DNA of 63,123 nt, the filler included, from Choristocarpus tenellus KU-1152 (Eukaryota; Protista; Phaeophyceae), in the NCBI GenBank assembly GCA_964200185.2. It is 11 parts of 11 records of this genome, joined end to end, with 100 filler letters (N's around TTAATTAATTAA, not from the genome) between each part and the next. Parts side by side here need not be neighbours in the genome. Positions count along the whole stretch, not along the records: positions 8,261 to 17,762 come from CAXNAD020003624.1; positions 17,863 to 34,674 come from CAXNAD020000769.1; 9 more parts are not named here. One strand, 5' to 3'. Positions within the stretch are counted from its first letter, which is position 1, and the number at the start of each line of letters is the position of its first letter. Under the pieces are notes generated by a model that was not told the DNA's origin, did not search any database, and saw only the letters and a list, made by a program, of their open reading frames with translations. This document shows positions 11,601 through 25,760 of this stretch, in pieces. The translations under genes and the position numbers were made by a program.

Positions 11601-14600
11601 ATGGATATTGACAAACGCTAACAAACACGATAGTCGAAATTACATCAAAATCACAACATTGGATTTTGGCCCCCAAATGGACGCGGCTCTACCCTCTAAG
11701 ATACTTTGGCTCCTGTTCCTGGACCAAGTCACGCCAAGACACAAGGGAAAACACACAGTTAAACACCATACAATATTTTATTATATGAACCCCTTCAACG
11801 CCCATCCATCCATCCATCCATACACCACTTCTAAGAATAAATTATCATTAAAAAAATATTTTCTGGCCCTGGACTGGGTAAATTCAACTGGGCCGTGGGC
11901 CGCCAACAGGACCAAAGACAAGTAAAGTACCTAATAAAGATTAACTAATAACTAATAACCTTGGCCCAAACACGCTGTTCAAAAGGTACGTACCTCACAC
12001 TTGACTCTGCTCTTCTACCACTGCCTTTACCCCTCTGCCGCCCCTGTGCCGAGCCAGTGAGGATGACAACAGCCAGTGGAGGCCTCATGTATGCAAACAG
12101 CGCTAGGAACAAACCAGTCTCACACCCTTGCTCCACCTCCACGGCTGGTCCTCCCATTGTTGGATCACTGGGAAGCAGCAATTCCTTCGCAAGATTTGCC
12201 GCCTGATCAAGGTAACAAGACCAAAAGAATTAAAAATAAAAAACTGGACGAGAGAATGACACAACACCATGCAAAAGAAAAGGATGTGTCCATAAAAAAC
12301 TGAATAAAAATGGAATAACAAAAACTGAATCAAGGTCCTTCTAATGTGCATTTTCTACATCAAGGATGGGGCTGGAGCATATTATATTGCTATCAGTTGA
12401 CTGCTCTGGCATGATACACCTGTAAAAAGTTGAAATTTGAATGTTGAAAGTTGAATGTGGGTAGGCAGACCGTTCATACCAATACTTTTTTCTTTTCTTC
12501 TTTCTCCAACAGGGGTCTGGTCTGCCAGTGGTGTGAATCTCATGCTTTTTTGTTTCTTTTCTCACCTACTTCTGTTTTTTCAACATTTGCCTTTTTTGTT
12601 AATGTCATATTACATATTATATTATTGTATCTATAGCATATGCAATATTGGTATATTCACAAGTACTACATACTGGAAAACCTCACCAAATGTGTAATAT
12701 AATGTTCAATTTTTTGCTTGAAGTACTGCACCAGTGTAGTAATTTTTCATACCCCTATCCTCGCCTCCCCTATCTCTATACAACTCCAAAAATGACTACA
12801 CCAAAGAAAAGAGACACAAAAGGACGCCTCTAAAAAAGTCACCTGAACATGAGCAGCAGCCCTCAGCCCTTCTGAAACTCCCTTTCCAATCCACAGGTAC
12901 ATGACATACCGTCGGATAGGAACATTCCCGCCTTCCTGGCTCTCTATAACCCCACCTGGAGATCTGGTTGCTGCGTTGATAAGCACACCTTCCTCCACAT
13001 TCCTGTTGCTTTCAGATAAGGGGCAGTATGTAGGGAATAGGAATATACACCTTAAGCATCTTTTTTCAGTATCTAAAGGGTGATGCTTGCTGTCTACTTT
13101 GTTATATCACATTATATAAATAAGTTGGATAAAAGTGTTTGAAGTGTTAAACAAGAAGCTGTTGTCCACCTAGCAGTCTTGCTATTTTCAATATAATAAT
13201 GCCAACATTTTCAGACTATTAATATAAGAAATTCAACAGAAATATATGTGGTTATGGTTAATGCTATGGGGATCAGAGATGGGGCATTGTGGGATGCATC
13301 ACAAACTTCAAAGTTGATTTGCAACCAACTGCCTGTACTGACTAGCCAATTCCTTGAGGTAGGTCTGTAGTATATTTCATTATGCAAATGATCAGCTGCT
13401 CCAATGCATATACACTGACACTGTCTTGCCCTCAGGAAGGTGAAACTGTAACTGATACCCTGAGAAAAAAATTGCATTATCATAATATGGGTGAAACATT
13501 TAAAGGAGTTCAAGGATGTCATTCAGGCGATGGGCAGAAAACATGGTAGTATGTATGGTATAATGTCTTTCTATGTATGTAAGACAAATACCTACAGGCA
13601 GCATAATTCTACACACAATTCAGCCAACAATTTGAAGACTTGATAAACAACAGCAAATATAAAAAACACGTAAGAGAGGCCTCTACACACGACAATGGAT
13701 ACCACCCAACACAATACAAAACCCAAACAATCAACTAGATCTCTAGGGACACCTATAGGATAGGCAAGTCAAAATGCCATTTCAGGTGTAATTCAAATCC
13801 AAGAACTGCACATTAGTGAAATACGGAAAAAAACAAGGAAACATAACAAAGTACAGCAAAACCCTACAAGGACACTAGACATGGGGTATGACCAACAAAT
13901 TCAAGATATTTATTAAAATTAATAACAAATTTAGTTGTTACCATTCTCAGTAATAACATTACTATTATCACTATTATTATTTCACATCACTTTATCTGAA
14001 CCAATTCCACCTCTCAACCTCTACAGCCTGCCAACAGATAACCAAATCTTGGCCAGCCCACCCAACAGATAGATTGTCATTACCCACCTGATAGAAGGTG
14101 AGGTCATCTCCAGCAACACCAGGTATGCATCATCTGAGGAGAGCACTCCTAGGCGCCCCTCATCCACCTCCAGCAAGGTGAAGCCTTCTCCTGAACATTG
14201 TACAAAAGGAAGACACAAAAGGAAGACATATGCACTTGAAAAATTGACAAACTATCACTCTTGTTTTGTCTGCCTGACTTGCATTTTGATGGAGTTGGAC
14301 ATTGCAATTGTTGGCACAAGAGGCGTATACAGCCAAAAGGATGGTGTGCATCTCCAGCCCCAGCCCCCAACATCCTCTAACCTATAGCCTTTACTTTCTT
14401 GAATCAAACGTTGTACTTGAATCCTCACCCAGTGACAAGAAGCAAGGTTCACTTTGTTCTGCCACAATGAAAACAAATTGCAACTGATTTACTTGATAGA
14501 AAATGTTCTGATCTGACATTTTGTGACTTATAATTCTAACACGAGGAAATTTCCATCTACACATATATTACACATAGATATCTAAGTATTTCAATATTTC

Positions 14601-17600
14601 TGATGCCAATACAAAAATGCACTCATCACAATTTTGATGAAAAAATCAAAAATCAAAACAGGTAATGCAATTAAATATGAGTAAAAGTCCTCTTGGTCAT
14701 AACATCCTGAAAAGTACACGCAAATAGGTCCTACATGTCCATTCAGGCAATACTTTCTCAAGGTGTAGAACCCTCCCTTTTAACAGATATATGTAGGCAA
14801 TGGGCTGTTGGCAAGGGAAGCTCATATGCAACTAGTACATGGTGGTGTTTAGAGGTAAGACAAATAAATAAATAAAATGAATAAATGCACACAATCAGCA
14901 CACACAAAAAGTTCCAGGACTAGAGCATGCTTTAAATGAAAGATGTCTATAATTACTGTCACAGGTACTGTACACTGTGATATTGGCAGATGAGAACAGA
15001 TGTCAAAAGGTTATTAGGAAGCTCAAAGGTAGCATCACTTATTGATAAGAGGTTAGAGAGTTGACCAATCAGCACTGTTCACAAGTCCTTCTAACCAATC
15101 AGCATGCTTGATTAAATCGACAATAAAACAAACCTCGAACTTTACTGGAGAAGCTCTGAACCGGGGAATGGGGGTGGGGCTGCTAAGGGCGTATGATTTC
15201 CTTCATGCTGCAACAGAATACAAGAGGAAGGAAATCATGTGATCCTTTCTTACACCCAACAACACACAATACCCTTACACACTTGTCACATCATCAGTCT
15301 TGACACAAAGACCGTCTGTTCTCATGGATGCAACCCGCTACTGATGGTGAATACCATCCATTATCGACATCAATCATAAAAGAGACTGCTTTGAAACAAT
15401 CATATAACAGTACATTACATTACTTCCCTTAATTCAGTCCAATAACAAACTGCTAGTAACATTTCACAATTATATTCGCCAAAAGCAGACAATCTCTCAA
15501 CATCAAAGGACGCCAACAAGTCCATCCATCCATCCATCCATCCCCCTCAGCTGCACATCACACTTGCAATAGTAGCGTCAACAATATCACTAATAATAAG
15601 GCACAAAGATATCCATTATATATTACAGATTTCATTCATGAGATCGTAACTGTTCCACCCTGAAATATTTTGTCAAACCATCCGATCTTCACTGCATATA
15701 CTAAACCTCAAACATTGGGATATCAGGACATGGATATCTGCTAGGTAAGTAGTAATAAAAGATACTTCTGGGAAAATATATTAGAAACAATGGGTCTCTA
15801 CACATACATGGGGGCGCTCCTACCAGCCGAGGTCATGGGTCATGCCCTAATCATTGCGAGTCTGCATACTGGATTATTGATGCTACTGACTTTTGGACAT
15901 TTAAGAGACAAGTGAAAGTAGCTTGAAAATCTACACCAGAGTATGTAAACAAGTGTTCTGACTATGAGACACTAAAAACAAGTAATCCAGGGACTCCACA
16001 CATAATGCACCCTCTCTTACACATACCCACCTCTTTCCACAAGCCAACACCTCAAAGAGGCGTGTCCAACCCTGTACGCCTCCCTCAGGTCTGGGAGGGT
16101 CAACTCCACCCTCTCATCCCCCAGCTTCTCGTTGGTCAGCCTCAGTGTGCCCTTCCCTTCATCCAACATCGAACTGATCTGTACTCCAACAAAAAACATA
16201 AGACAGATTACATTCAGCTTAAATTTTACATACATATTGTTTAGCCTGCAATACATGGAAATCCCACCATTCAAAACACAGACTCATGCCTACTCTCCTT
16301 TACTCAAACCCAAGTGGTAAGTCTTGCCTCTTCCTCAATTGATACAAGTGTGAGCCTTGTTTGGATAGACTCAGTTTCCACATCTGTGCCAGTCAGGTCA
16401 GGAGAGCCCAGATAACCTCCTGCTCTCACTCCCCCTGACAATAAGAAGAATATGTAAGATTTGGGTTAGGTCCAACCAAAAATGATAGGATATGTATGTT
16501 CACAAGAGCTAGTGAGTTCCTTCACAACCTTTTACCAGAACAGTTCCACAACCTGTGTCTATGTCTTTATGCGTATAGTGCATTAAACCTCAAGATTATG
16601 GTTAGGGCTAGCTATACATAATGAGTCATGCAATACAAAATGAGTTCCACAAGGCAAGACAAGGCCAAAGAGCTTAAAAAATATTCTCAGAATATAGGTA
16701 TAAAAGGAGAAGGCCAAAGGGCAACTGTGTATACATGCAAAACTACACATCTCCTTACCCTCATTATAGAGTGGACTCTGCCCACCCGCCTTTATGGGAG
16801 TCATATTTGGAGTGCACGAAGGAGGTGGTGGTGGTGGCAATGAGTTCCTTGCCCTGGCAACACTACGCTGACATGGTGGCTCTGGGGTGCTCATAGCTGC
16901 CACAGGTCTAAGCCAGTGCGAGGCAAATGAGGGTAGGAATTGGAGGATTATCAGGTACATAGAAGTGATCGGGATTTGCACCATTGTGTCTACTGATACT
17001 ATGCTACAATTAGTTGAGATGAAGTCTAATGGTGTATCATGTACCACGTACCATCAAAGCAAAAGGCTGTATATACACTTTGGGTATCTCATCAAGCACT
17101 TTACCATTGGAACCCTGCCGATGGTAACTCCTGAAACATACACAAGCCCACACACACACAAAATGGAAAAATAAATTCCTCCCGAAACAGTCTGACATGA
17201 TGATGTCATAACGATGTCCCAGGGATATTCCGGCATAACTAAAAGTAAGCACAACACAAACTCTCCCAAGAAAAAACCCATACCATAACAATAAAATGCA
17301 AGGGTCAACAAAAGCCTTCCCACAAACTTGAAAAAAACGCACACGCAGCAGTCAATCACTCTTCATATCAACGGGATACGCCTAGGCATAACATAGGACT
17401 CCCTTTCACACCACAACACACCTTTCCTCTTCACCGCCAGCTCCTTCCCCCCCCTTCTCCCCCCCCACTCCTGATCCTGCCTCAAGAGATGTCATCTTTT
17501 CTGTTGATGCAGTGGACGATCCCACCCAGTACACTTCCCCATCTTCCCCCTCTTCTGCTGCCGTCACCAGAGCTGTCGACAGGGTCGTCCTCTTGGATGA

Positions 17601-17762
17601 TGTCGACACAGCCAATGGTCGCCAGTTCTTGAACCGTTCCGTGAACACAACTGGCTCTCTCCCCTCCACCACAAGTGACAGGTTGGGGGAAGATTGATTG
17701 GGGGGTGGGGGGGGCAAGGACGACAAACTCTTTCCCTGGGAGGGAGAAGAGACCAGCTTATC
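8636..17762 (-). CDS. Gelsolin/villin-family actin-binding protein (partial at both ends, >=10 exons)
   Basis: Phase-consistent GT-AG exons: >=17762-17422, 16907-16759, 16434-16310, 16178-16031, 14190-14088, 13002-12843, 12202-11994, 10295-10094, 9723-9605, 8846-8636. Gelsolin-repeat motifs: VVEGREPVVFTERFKNW; LRCWLVE..GVLSSDDAYLVL..MYLWIGKGVSEGLRAAA..VEQGCETGLFLALF; SYVILQ..YYWHG; VRVFGVS..GKNFVWE. Confidence 0.82.
11455..11712 (-). mobile_element. MITE family A, complete, 4-bp TSD CTGT (intronic)
   Basis: CTGT|GAGTGAAAGTATCTTAGAGGGTA...TACCCTCTAAGATACTTTGGCTC|CTGT. Confidence 0.93.
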
Positions 17763-17862
17763 NNNNNNNNNNNNNNNNNNNNNNNNNNNNNNNNNNNNNN
17801 NNNNNNTTAATTAATTAANNNNNNNNNNNNNNNNNNNNNNNNNNNNNNNNNNNNNNNNNNNN
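17763..17862. other. Artificial contig linker
   Basis: N44-TTAATTAATTAA-N44. Confidence 0.98.
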
Positions 17863-19049
17863 CAAAGGTTGAGCGTTCTAGGGCATTTACCAAAACTGTT
17901 TTGCAGCAGTGAATCTTGTATCAATGAACTATACAAAACTTGGAGGTGCACTTCGTAAGTTATGAGATTTTGGGGTGAGATCTTATGTAACCATGAAGTC
18001 GTTGATATCTCATCCTCAAACTATTAAAGTCATAGCAGACAAGACAACCAAAATCGTGATGTACATAAATATACAATGGTATCACACTCTTGGTCGAACC
18101 CTAAAGTAAATATGGTGTGCATTCCTATTGACAGCCCCTGACATACATGAATTCTAGACCTCTACAGGAATCCCATATTACTTCCTACCACCAGTGAGTC
18201 AGGAAAAGTATGGTAGCACTGAAAGGATCAAAATGTTGGGAATTTGAAGGTGGGCATCAAAAAGGTTTGTTGATGACACTTTCATTTTTTCTCTTGAAAC
18301 CAAAATTTCAATGGAAAAAAGTTAATGCTTGTTGTATCACAAGAGGAGTCCACAGAATCTGTAGACATGAAATAACTACGATCCCAGTGTTCCAGAGGTA
18401 GGTTTTTTGTTTCCAGAAGAGTCGTAGAGGTTACACAGTGGTGAGAGGAAGCTGCACTATCAGTTTTGATATGTTGTCTCTATCTTGACTGAATGACGTG
18501 TGAAACAGGAATTGATTCTTCCACCAGGTAGTTAGGAATGTGTGTTTCAAGCTATGTTGTAGTTTGCCACTGTTTAAAGTTGTTCACAATGGATACGACG
18601 TGATCCTACCAAGGGATATCATAAATAGTTTCTAGAGGCTTTGTTCTTTATAGCTGGTTCATGGCCATGCCAAAGGAGGGGATAAGAGCAGGCAAGGGAG
18701 CAGATACACTGATAGGGGAGAGGGAAAAAGGTACAAACTAAGTGAAGACCAAATCTGCAATACATAAAAGATAATGGAGGACAAACAGATAGAGCTGAGG
18801 GGAAGGCCATGAAGGCCTTTGCCAGCCTCCGTCTTCTCATCCTCTTCTGGGACTTTATGGGTATGCATGGCTGCAGCCAATTTCAAGCTACATGAAACTT
18901 ATCACCAATCTGACTCCACTTGGTAGTTCAAGGCTTGAAAGGTTGTCCACGAACAGATTGACAATGGGTAAAATTTCAACAAGTTCCAGTGAGGGGAGAG
19001 GGATGGTAAGATCCTGACGAGGACAACACATGAAGGGTAACAGATGTAT

Positions 19050-19400
19050 ATTGTTGTTGTGTCCTGCCAAGTCTGTCAAAAAGGGGATCACCATTTCTCA
19101 ATGGATGAATACACATTGCTGACCTTGAATGTCTTGCCTATTTCAAAATTTTGTCCCCCCCCCAAAAAAATAATATTGGTCCTTGAAAATGCCTTGTACC
19201 ACCATGGCTATGACAAGGAGGTTAAAGTCTAACACCAGGATCTACAATGGCAGCCTCTTTTTGGAAGTATGGGGTGCAAATGTGTTGTTGAGCAAGCTGG
19301 ATTGACTTCCAAGTTGAAAATTTTTGGATACAGGGCAAACACTAGGTAAGCATGCACTACGGACAGAAGTAGTTTGTGTAAGATTTAGGAGCAGAGCAAG
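19050..19400 (+). pseudogene. Decayed IS630/Tc1-like transposase fragment
   Basis: GDHHFSMDEY..IILVLENALYHH resembles the DYH..M..IVMDNASYH region of Tc1/IS630-type DDE domains. Stops follow. Confidence 0.4.
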
Positions 19401-20713
19401 CTTGGCTGAACCATGGACCCAACTGTAAAGGGGAAGGGCAGGTGGTTGTTCTCAGCTGGTGATAAACTCATGGGACATGCACACTAAACGTTAAGGAGTG
19501 AAGAGATAAGGACAAGCTAAGTACAAGGTGTTGATGGGGACTGTTAAAAACATCATCGTTCTCCGCAGGACTGAGGATAAGGATCCCATAGGGTTAGAGG
19601 TTGAGGAGGATGCAGAGCAGGAGACTATGAAAGATAAGGTGAATGTAGATGCAAAAACCCCTCTGGAGCTCCTAAGAAATACTTTGTGGTAATCAGTCCA
19701 TGAGTACAAAAAACTTCAATGTATTGACTCAGACACGAATCAGTAACAACGCCCAGAGGGTCAGCTCCATAGAGCAACATGCAGGGAAATGTAGTTTTGA
19801 GAGTCTGGTATGAGCAACATACTCAAATACTTGCGCAATATATGTCCTCTCTTCTTTCAGACCTTGAACCACCAAATACTTCATATTATCACATGCCTAT
19901 CACAACACTGAATGTTGAATTTCTCATCTCTTTCATCACTCCAAACAGCACTATCAATAAGCATACCATCTGAACACGGTATCCCCCTATCAGGATATGT
20001 TTCTCCACATAGAAACCTACAAATCACTACTCTTCCCACCTCTCCAACAACCAAAAAATCTTGATCATACTAGATGATACACAAAGAAATCTCCACTGCC
20101 ACAGGCAGATGCACATACCCTCAGATTTCAACTTGTGTATCTACTATAACGTGAAGTCGAGCTTTAAATCACGCACAGTTGAGATTTTTCTTGTTTCTTT
20201 CAGATACACAATTTTGGAGGAACCTCCCATGAGATTGTCATGGGTATCTGGGTATGGAAAATTCGGCCCTACTAAATAGTAAGTACGAGTTAGAAAGCTA
20301 CAAAACAATTTTGCTGTTGATTGAATTTCATGTGTTCCAATCCCTTCAGCACCACGTATCTGTTCATCCAAACATGTGGTGGCAGAATAAAACAATTTTT
20401 TGCTGTTACCTGCACTAAGGCCATGAGTTCAACCCCCTAAGATGCCAGACTTTATCCCATGGAGACATTGCATAGATGGAGAAGGGTCATGAAAAGATAT
20501 GCTGGTAGAAGGAAAGGAGTGTGGTATAACTATAGTTACACATATCCACCTCTTGCACCCTAGTGATATCTACTGATACATTATTCTACAACCACATTTT
20601 AAAAATCCAATTTTGAGCAAGAACTACAAATGTTTTGGCCTTATGCCAACCTATGCATTTCTTCCACAATGATGTGTCAGGAGAGTAAGACCATAATGAC
20701 AGCCTGTGCACAC

Positions 20714-23599
20714 CTGAAATCTGTAAAAGTCTGGCAGCCCCTCTGCCCCTTTCCTCTTCTTCTTGACTCTCTCGTTCTCCTCTCCAACTTGCTGTAGCCT
20801 CGCTCCTGTCCCACCTGTCATCCTTCCGCGCTTATTTTTCTTGTAGGTAACAGTGACAAAACCATCATCATCCTCTCCCTGCGCAGCCAACTTATCCCTC
20901 TCTGACTCCTGCACTGCCACATTCCTATCAAACTCCTCCATCCTTGAGTCCACATCCTCCTGAGGTAAGTTGAAAAACATACACAAGTGAGTATGGAAAC
21001 AAAAGCATTCCCACAAAAGCCTTGCCAACTTGATGAAGGTGCATATCTCATGGGAGGAAGGCACAGACGACTGTATACTGTTGCACATAGCGCAATCCAC
21101 AAGCAAATTCCTGAACCGCTGGAACCTAAAACACTTTCATGTCTCCCCAATGAATGAAACCCTATCTAAATCACCCCCCACATCTCTTTTTACCACGATC
21201 ACATACACCCACAGTATCCTACATATTTGTGCATGCCACATGCTGCAACATTTACCTAAGTCTGCTCACCTGGAGTCTTTTCCTGCTTGGAAACAGTGCC
21301 CGATGCCGCTGTCTCAATGCTGCATATCCACACGTAGCATTTCCATCACTATCCCTGTTGATTGATGATTTAGCAGGGGGTTGGGTGCAAGTTAAAGAGT
21401 CAATTGTCACCTAGGCACAAAAGAAGATGTAACTGCCACTTGGTTATTAGCAGTAGGCCAAGTTTTCGTTGTCACCAGCAGCGTATAGGGTGCACTGTAT
21501 AAATACTATCATTACAGTAACAGCAAACCAAGTACCTGATTCTTACATGTATGTCAAGGATATAAATTAAAAATTCAAACAAAAGAACAAATCAATCATC
21601 TTGAAAAGTGCTGCATTACCACATTGTATTACTTCTCTCTCCAATCAAGTATGAATACAAGGTGTATCTAACAGTGCAACTCCATTGATCTTTCAGTAAA
21701 AGAGCATCAACTCCAAACATCAATCAAAATAAAGTTATCAATCTCACCGGTCCTCATCAACTTCTTTTCCAGCTGCAATGTTGCAATCTGGGGCAACAGA
21801 AGTTGCATATGTCAGGGCCAATGCATTTTTCACACCCTTAGTTGACGCAAAGCTATCACATGACAGGATGGGGAAAGAGGGATTGGGAGGGAAAGTTGAA
21901 GTGTAAGAATAAAATCTATTATATCAGAAGGCATAGAAAAATAGTCACCAATTTTCAACTAATGGAGTTTTTTCTTAGGATGATACAAGCAAATATCCAT
22001 TGATTTATGCCTTTAAAATATCACAATTTAGAGGAGATTATTAACGGCAAATAACAGCGACAAGCAACCAATACCCCCCCCACACATCAAATACTTGGAA
22101 CTACATGACAGCAAGGGTAATGATTGATATTGTCATCCCTTGGGACTGGTAAAATACACGCTGAAAGTGGGAGTGTCATTGAATAACCATTACTATGTTG
22201 GAAAAACTGACACTTCAATCTCTTCCTATCCCACACATGCATGGGAAGACTCAGAGAACGGGATTGTAGAAGGTAGCATGAAGAATGACAAAACACATGA
22301 AACAATAGTTTGATGCTTGTCATTGTTGCTACCCACTTGCTTCCCTCAAAGAGTGAGGGTTGCTTTGCTCTTAGCTCCAAAACAAGGCTTGCCTTCAATG
22401 CCACTCCAAGCATTAGCTGAAGGGGAATCCGGGGCCCTGACACAAGAGGAGCTATCTTGTAAGCTAATCAACTCGACAAACTTTTATGCCACACAACTGC
22501 AGTAGTAGCAGATCCATGTACTACATACACAAGCTATGTTCAGGCAATAATATCCCCCATGTGTGATTCAGCTGAAAATACTTCGCAATACAATCAAATC
22601 GGCTCTACAGACTACTCCTTCGCACTAAGCAAATCTCTGACAATCCACTTGAAGTTGCACTCTCTATATATCTAAGCGGGTCCATATCTGAGAGCGGTAC
22701 CCTGTCTCGAATCGAAACCTATTTTGTGGGTGCTCTCTAAAACTGTGGGTAACTCTTCACACCCAGCCACACGTAACTCATCTTCTTTCTCTCGCTTGTT
22801 TTGAGCACGATTTTCACATTAAATGCAAATAGGTGAGTCCCTCCTTTCACCTGATATGCGCAACTCTAACACGTTCGCACCCCTCCCCTCCCCTGGTCAC
22901 CTCCCTTGCCCATGACGACTTGGACCTTGCCGGTCGACCAACATGGACATTATCGACGGACCCACACGAGGCAAAGATTCGGCGTAAGCGCCCCTCAATC
23001 ACCTGTGCGCTCAACCTTCCCCCTGAAGGAATTAAGTGGACCAGACAAAGGAGAGAGAGCTGCACGTCACGAGTCTTGAGATGTGACCAGTTAGAAGCAT
23101 ATGGAAGGCGAGAACGACGAAGTTTACATGTGATAGGGCACTGGTGATAATTATTGATCCTCGAAATGACGGGCTGGACATCTTCTTGGGATCCTTCAGT
23201 TGGGGACACCTGCCATGAAGCTATTCAGAAGGGATGGTAGTGTTGCGCTGATCTCGTCATGGGGTCGTAAGTTATATTACATTTGGCATCACAAGGGGTC
23301 TCTCTGCCCCTGCCCAACCCTTCGACATGAATTGAATATTCATGCATCTCTTGGAAAGGGTTGGCTTAAATAACATTTCAGTGAGAACGTGAGGGACGCA
23401 CACCTTGATCATCAACATTTCCGACGAACAGTGTTTTCCCCTTGCCAAACGTGTGCCCTTGAACATCACCATCTTCGTCTTCTCCTCCCGCTCCAGCCGT
23501 TTTATAGACACCGCCATGCTCCTTGAGGTATAGTAATCGATGACAAGGAGATGTCCCATAGACTTTCTGGGGTATGACGTGATAGCCCTTAGCCAACAT
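20714..23599 (-). CDS. RRP7: Ribosomal RNA-processing protein 7 (3' exon(s) not located)
   Basis: Phase-consistent exons 23599-23404, 23022-22851, 21852-21748, 21354-21270, 20959-20714. Motifs: LYLKEH, KTLFVGNV, LRRIFASCGSVDNV (RRM-like), RLQEDVDSRMEEFD, DDDGFVTVT, KKKRK..LPDFYRFQ. Confidence 0.9.
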
Positions 23600-23971
23600 C
23601 TTACAGTATGTGAATGGTGGAGGTTCTCCACATGCCTGGTCGGACGGACGGTTGACTTCTTCTGGTGAAATGTTACTGTCCATCCTTTTGTAATGACAAA
23701 AAAAATCATGATCAACAATATACTGCTGCTGTTCGAACCCCACAGTCCGAGCCCTAGGATCTTTCATCCATACCCTCCTCTCGTCTGGAATTCCTCAGGA
23801 AGACTCGGCGAGAATTATTAGTAAAGGGTGGGTAGCATGGGGAAGAACAACAATCCGTACCCCTGTCCCAGAGGTCCAAACTCTAGTAGCCCATTATGCC
23901 AGAATCACAAGGAGGGCACAATATGAGATCACCCGCCTCCAGAACAGGATCCGGTTTAACTCTTTCCGGAT

Positions 23972-24148
23972 GGTTCAAAGTATCTGGGAGCGGGGGGCAG
24001 CCGTCCAATTGGGGTCAATTTTTTCATGTCGCGGTTTTTGGGTGATTTGGTTGCACACGTCAGGTGGATAATGTCATGCACTTTCCACAATTTTGGGGTA
24101 AATGGACACCCTGGTGTAGATAGCCCCCCCCCCCAGATACTTTGAGTC
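23972..24148 (+). mobile_element. MITE family B, complete (~177 bp)
   Basis: GGTTCAAAGTATCTGGGAGCGGGGGG...CCCCCCCAGATACTTTGAGTC, flanked by GAT on both sides. Confidence 0.9.
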
Positions 24149-24149
24149 G

Positions 24150-24980
24150 ATACAACTGGCCAACCACCCGGATGATGCCGAACAAGGGAGGGAAAGTTCC
24201 TCCCTAGTCCTGGCCCGCCACCTGAGTTAGTGTGGACATAGGACCAATGTATGGGACTCCACACAACCCCTGGAACCAGCACGCCAGATCCCTTGCGTAG
24301 AGTTTAGACTCACTGCCAAAAGATCTCTAGAGGAGGGAGGAGGCCCTATCCAACAGGTACCTGGTTGCCGGGTGCAGGAGGCATAATGTCAAAACCCAAC
24401 ATACGCATACCTGCCCTACAGCGGGAGGACAGGTGCGCCAGCACATGTCGATAGTTGAGTGCCTAGGCCAACTCTGCAAGGGAATGGGCATCCCTTGCAC
24501 TATGGAGGATGGTAGCCCATTCACAGTGGGTTGAAAATTCTGCATGGATGTGGTCTTCCATGCTGTGGGGTACTTGCGGATGCTGACTCGGTTCCCTAAC
24601 AGGGCAAAGTCCCCCACTCATCCACCAGCAATGATGCAGGTCCTGCTGCAGCTGAGATGCGAAAGCGCACACACTACGAGGGTTCTGTTGACCCTCGTAG
24701 TTTTAACCTCAACACTTTTGTGGTGGGAAGTTTTGGGTCGACTCGGTAAGCAAGCTGAAAGTTTCTTAGATGAGTTGGCTACACATGCAGTTGGGGAGGT
24801 TACAGCAGGAAAGGAAGGGGCTGTCAAGTCCGACTTACGACAGATAGTGTCTGTCACCTCACAAGCGACTCTTTTGAGACGTGTCATGCGTTTCAAGCGG
24901 GAGACACCGGTCGGATGGGCAAGAAGGGGCCTGTCAGATTCTTGGCATGTTTCCTTAGCTCATTGCCCACCTTTGTAGAC
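24150..24980 (+). mobile_element. Decayed C-terminal (CCHC-like + restriction-like endonuclease) region of a CRE/R2-group non-LTR retrotransposon
   Basis: TCPTAGGQVRQHMSIVECLGQLCKGMGIPCTMEDGSPF..MDVVF..GRLGKQAESFLDELA..LRQIVSVTSQATLLRRVMRFK, with stops and frameshifts. Family assignment is from recall of RLE-element tails. Confidence 0.65.
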
Positions 24981-25214
24981 CTAAGCTAGGTTAGAGGTAC
25001 AGCAGCAATATACACAATTTTGTGTAATTACCAACCTTTAAGGGAGCAATGTAGAACAGTTAGTATTCAAATTGCAAATAATTTTTGGAGATATATCTTA
25101 TACATTAATTACGACTGTTATTTTTATAGGGGTCCTTGTTATATTGGTTTGACTTGTTCCCTGACACATCTGCAAAATGTGAGAGGGTACAATAGAAAAC
25201 GTATGTGTCAGGGA

Positions 25215-25760
25215 AGTTATTGCCCACCTGCCTGGTGTCTCTAGCTTGAAACGCATGGCATATCTCGGGACAGTCACTGGTGCAGTGAAGGATACAATCT
25301 GTCTAGTATGAGACTCGACAAACCCTTCCCTGCAGTATCTTCCCATCCCTCTCCCCCTACTATGTGCGTGGCGAACTCATTCAAGAAACCTCCTGCTTCC
25401 TTTCCAAGGCACACAGAGCTTTCACTGCAAAATAATTGAAATCAAAACTACAAGGGTCAACGGATCCCTCGTAATGGTTGCGCTTTCGCGCCTCAGCTGC
25501 AGCACGAGCTACATCATTACTGGTGGATGAGTGGGGCAGAAAACAGGCTGCTTGGACTTGTGGAAAACAACATACAGGTGGAGGCCTGCCTTTGTCCCGA
25601 TAGGGAGCGGATGCAGCGTCTGAGAGTGCATCACATCCATCCAGAAGTCCGGTCCGCTGTGAACAGCCTGCCATCCTACATAGTGCAAGGGATATCCATT
25701 CCCCTTCAGAGGTGGCCTAGATGTTTCATCATTGATGTATACTGGCGCTTCCCTGACACA
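25215..25760 (-). mobile_element. Second, inverted copy of the same RLE-type retroelement tail
   Basis: Minus-strand AAAEARKRNHY..SFDFNYFAVK and RQIVSFTAPVTVPRYAMRFKLETPGRWA. The DNA is the reverse complement of ~24450-24930. Confidence 0.7.

Noticed and set aside
18659-19094. Last exon of RRP7
   Set aside because: No frame gives the expected L..LR.KFEEDK..I..RKF.P ending.
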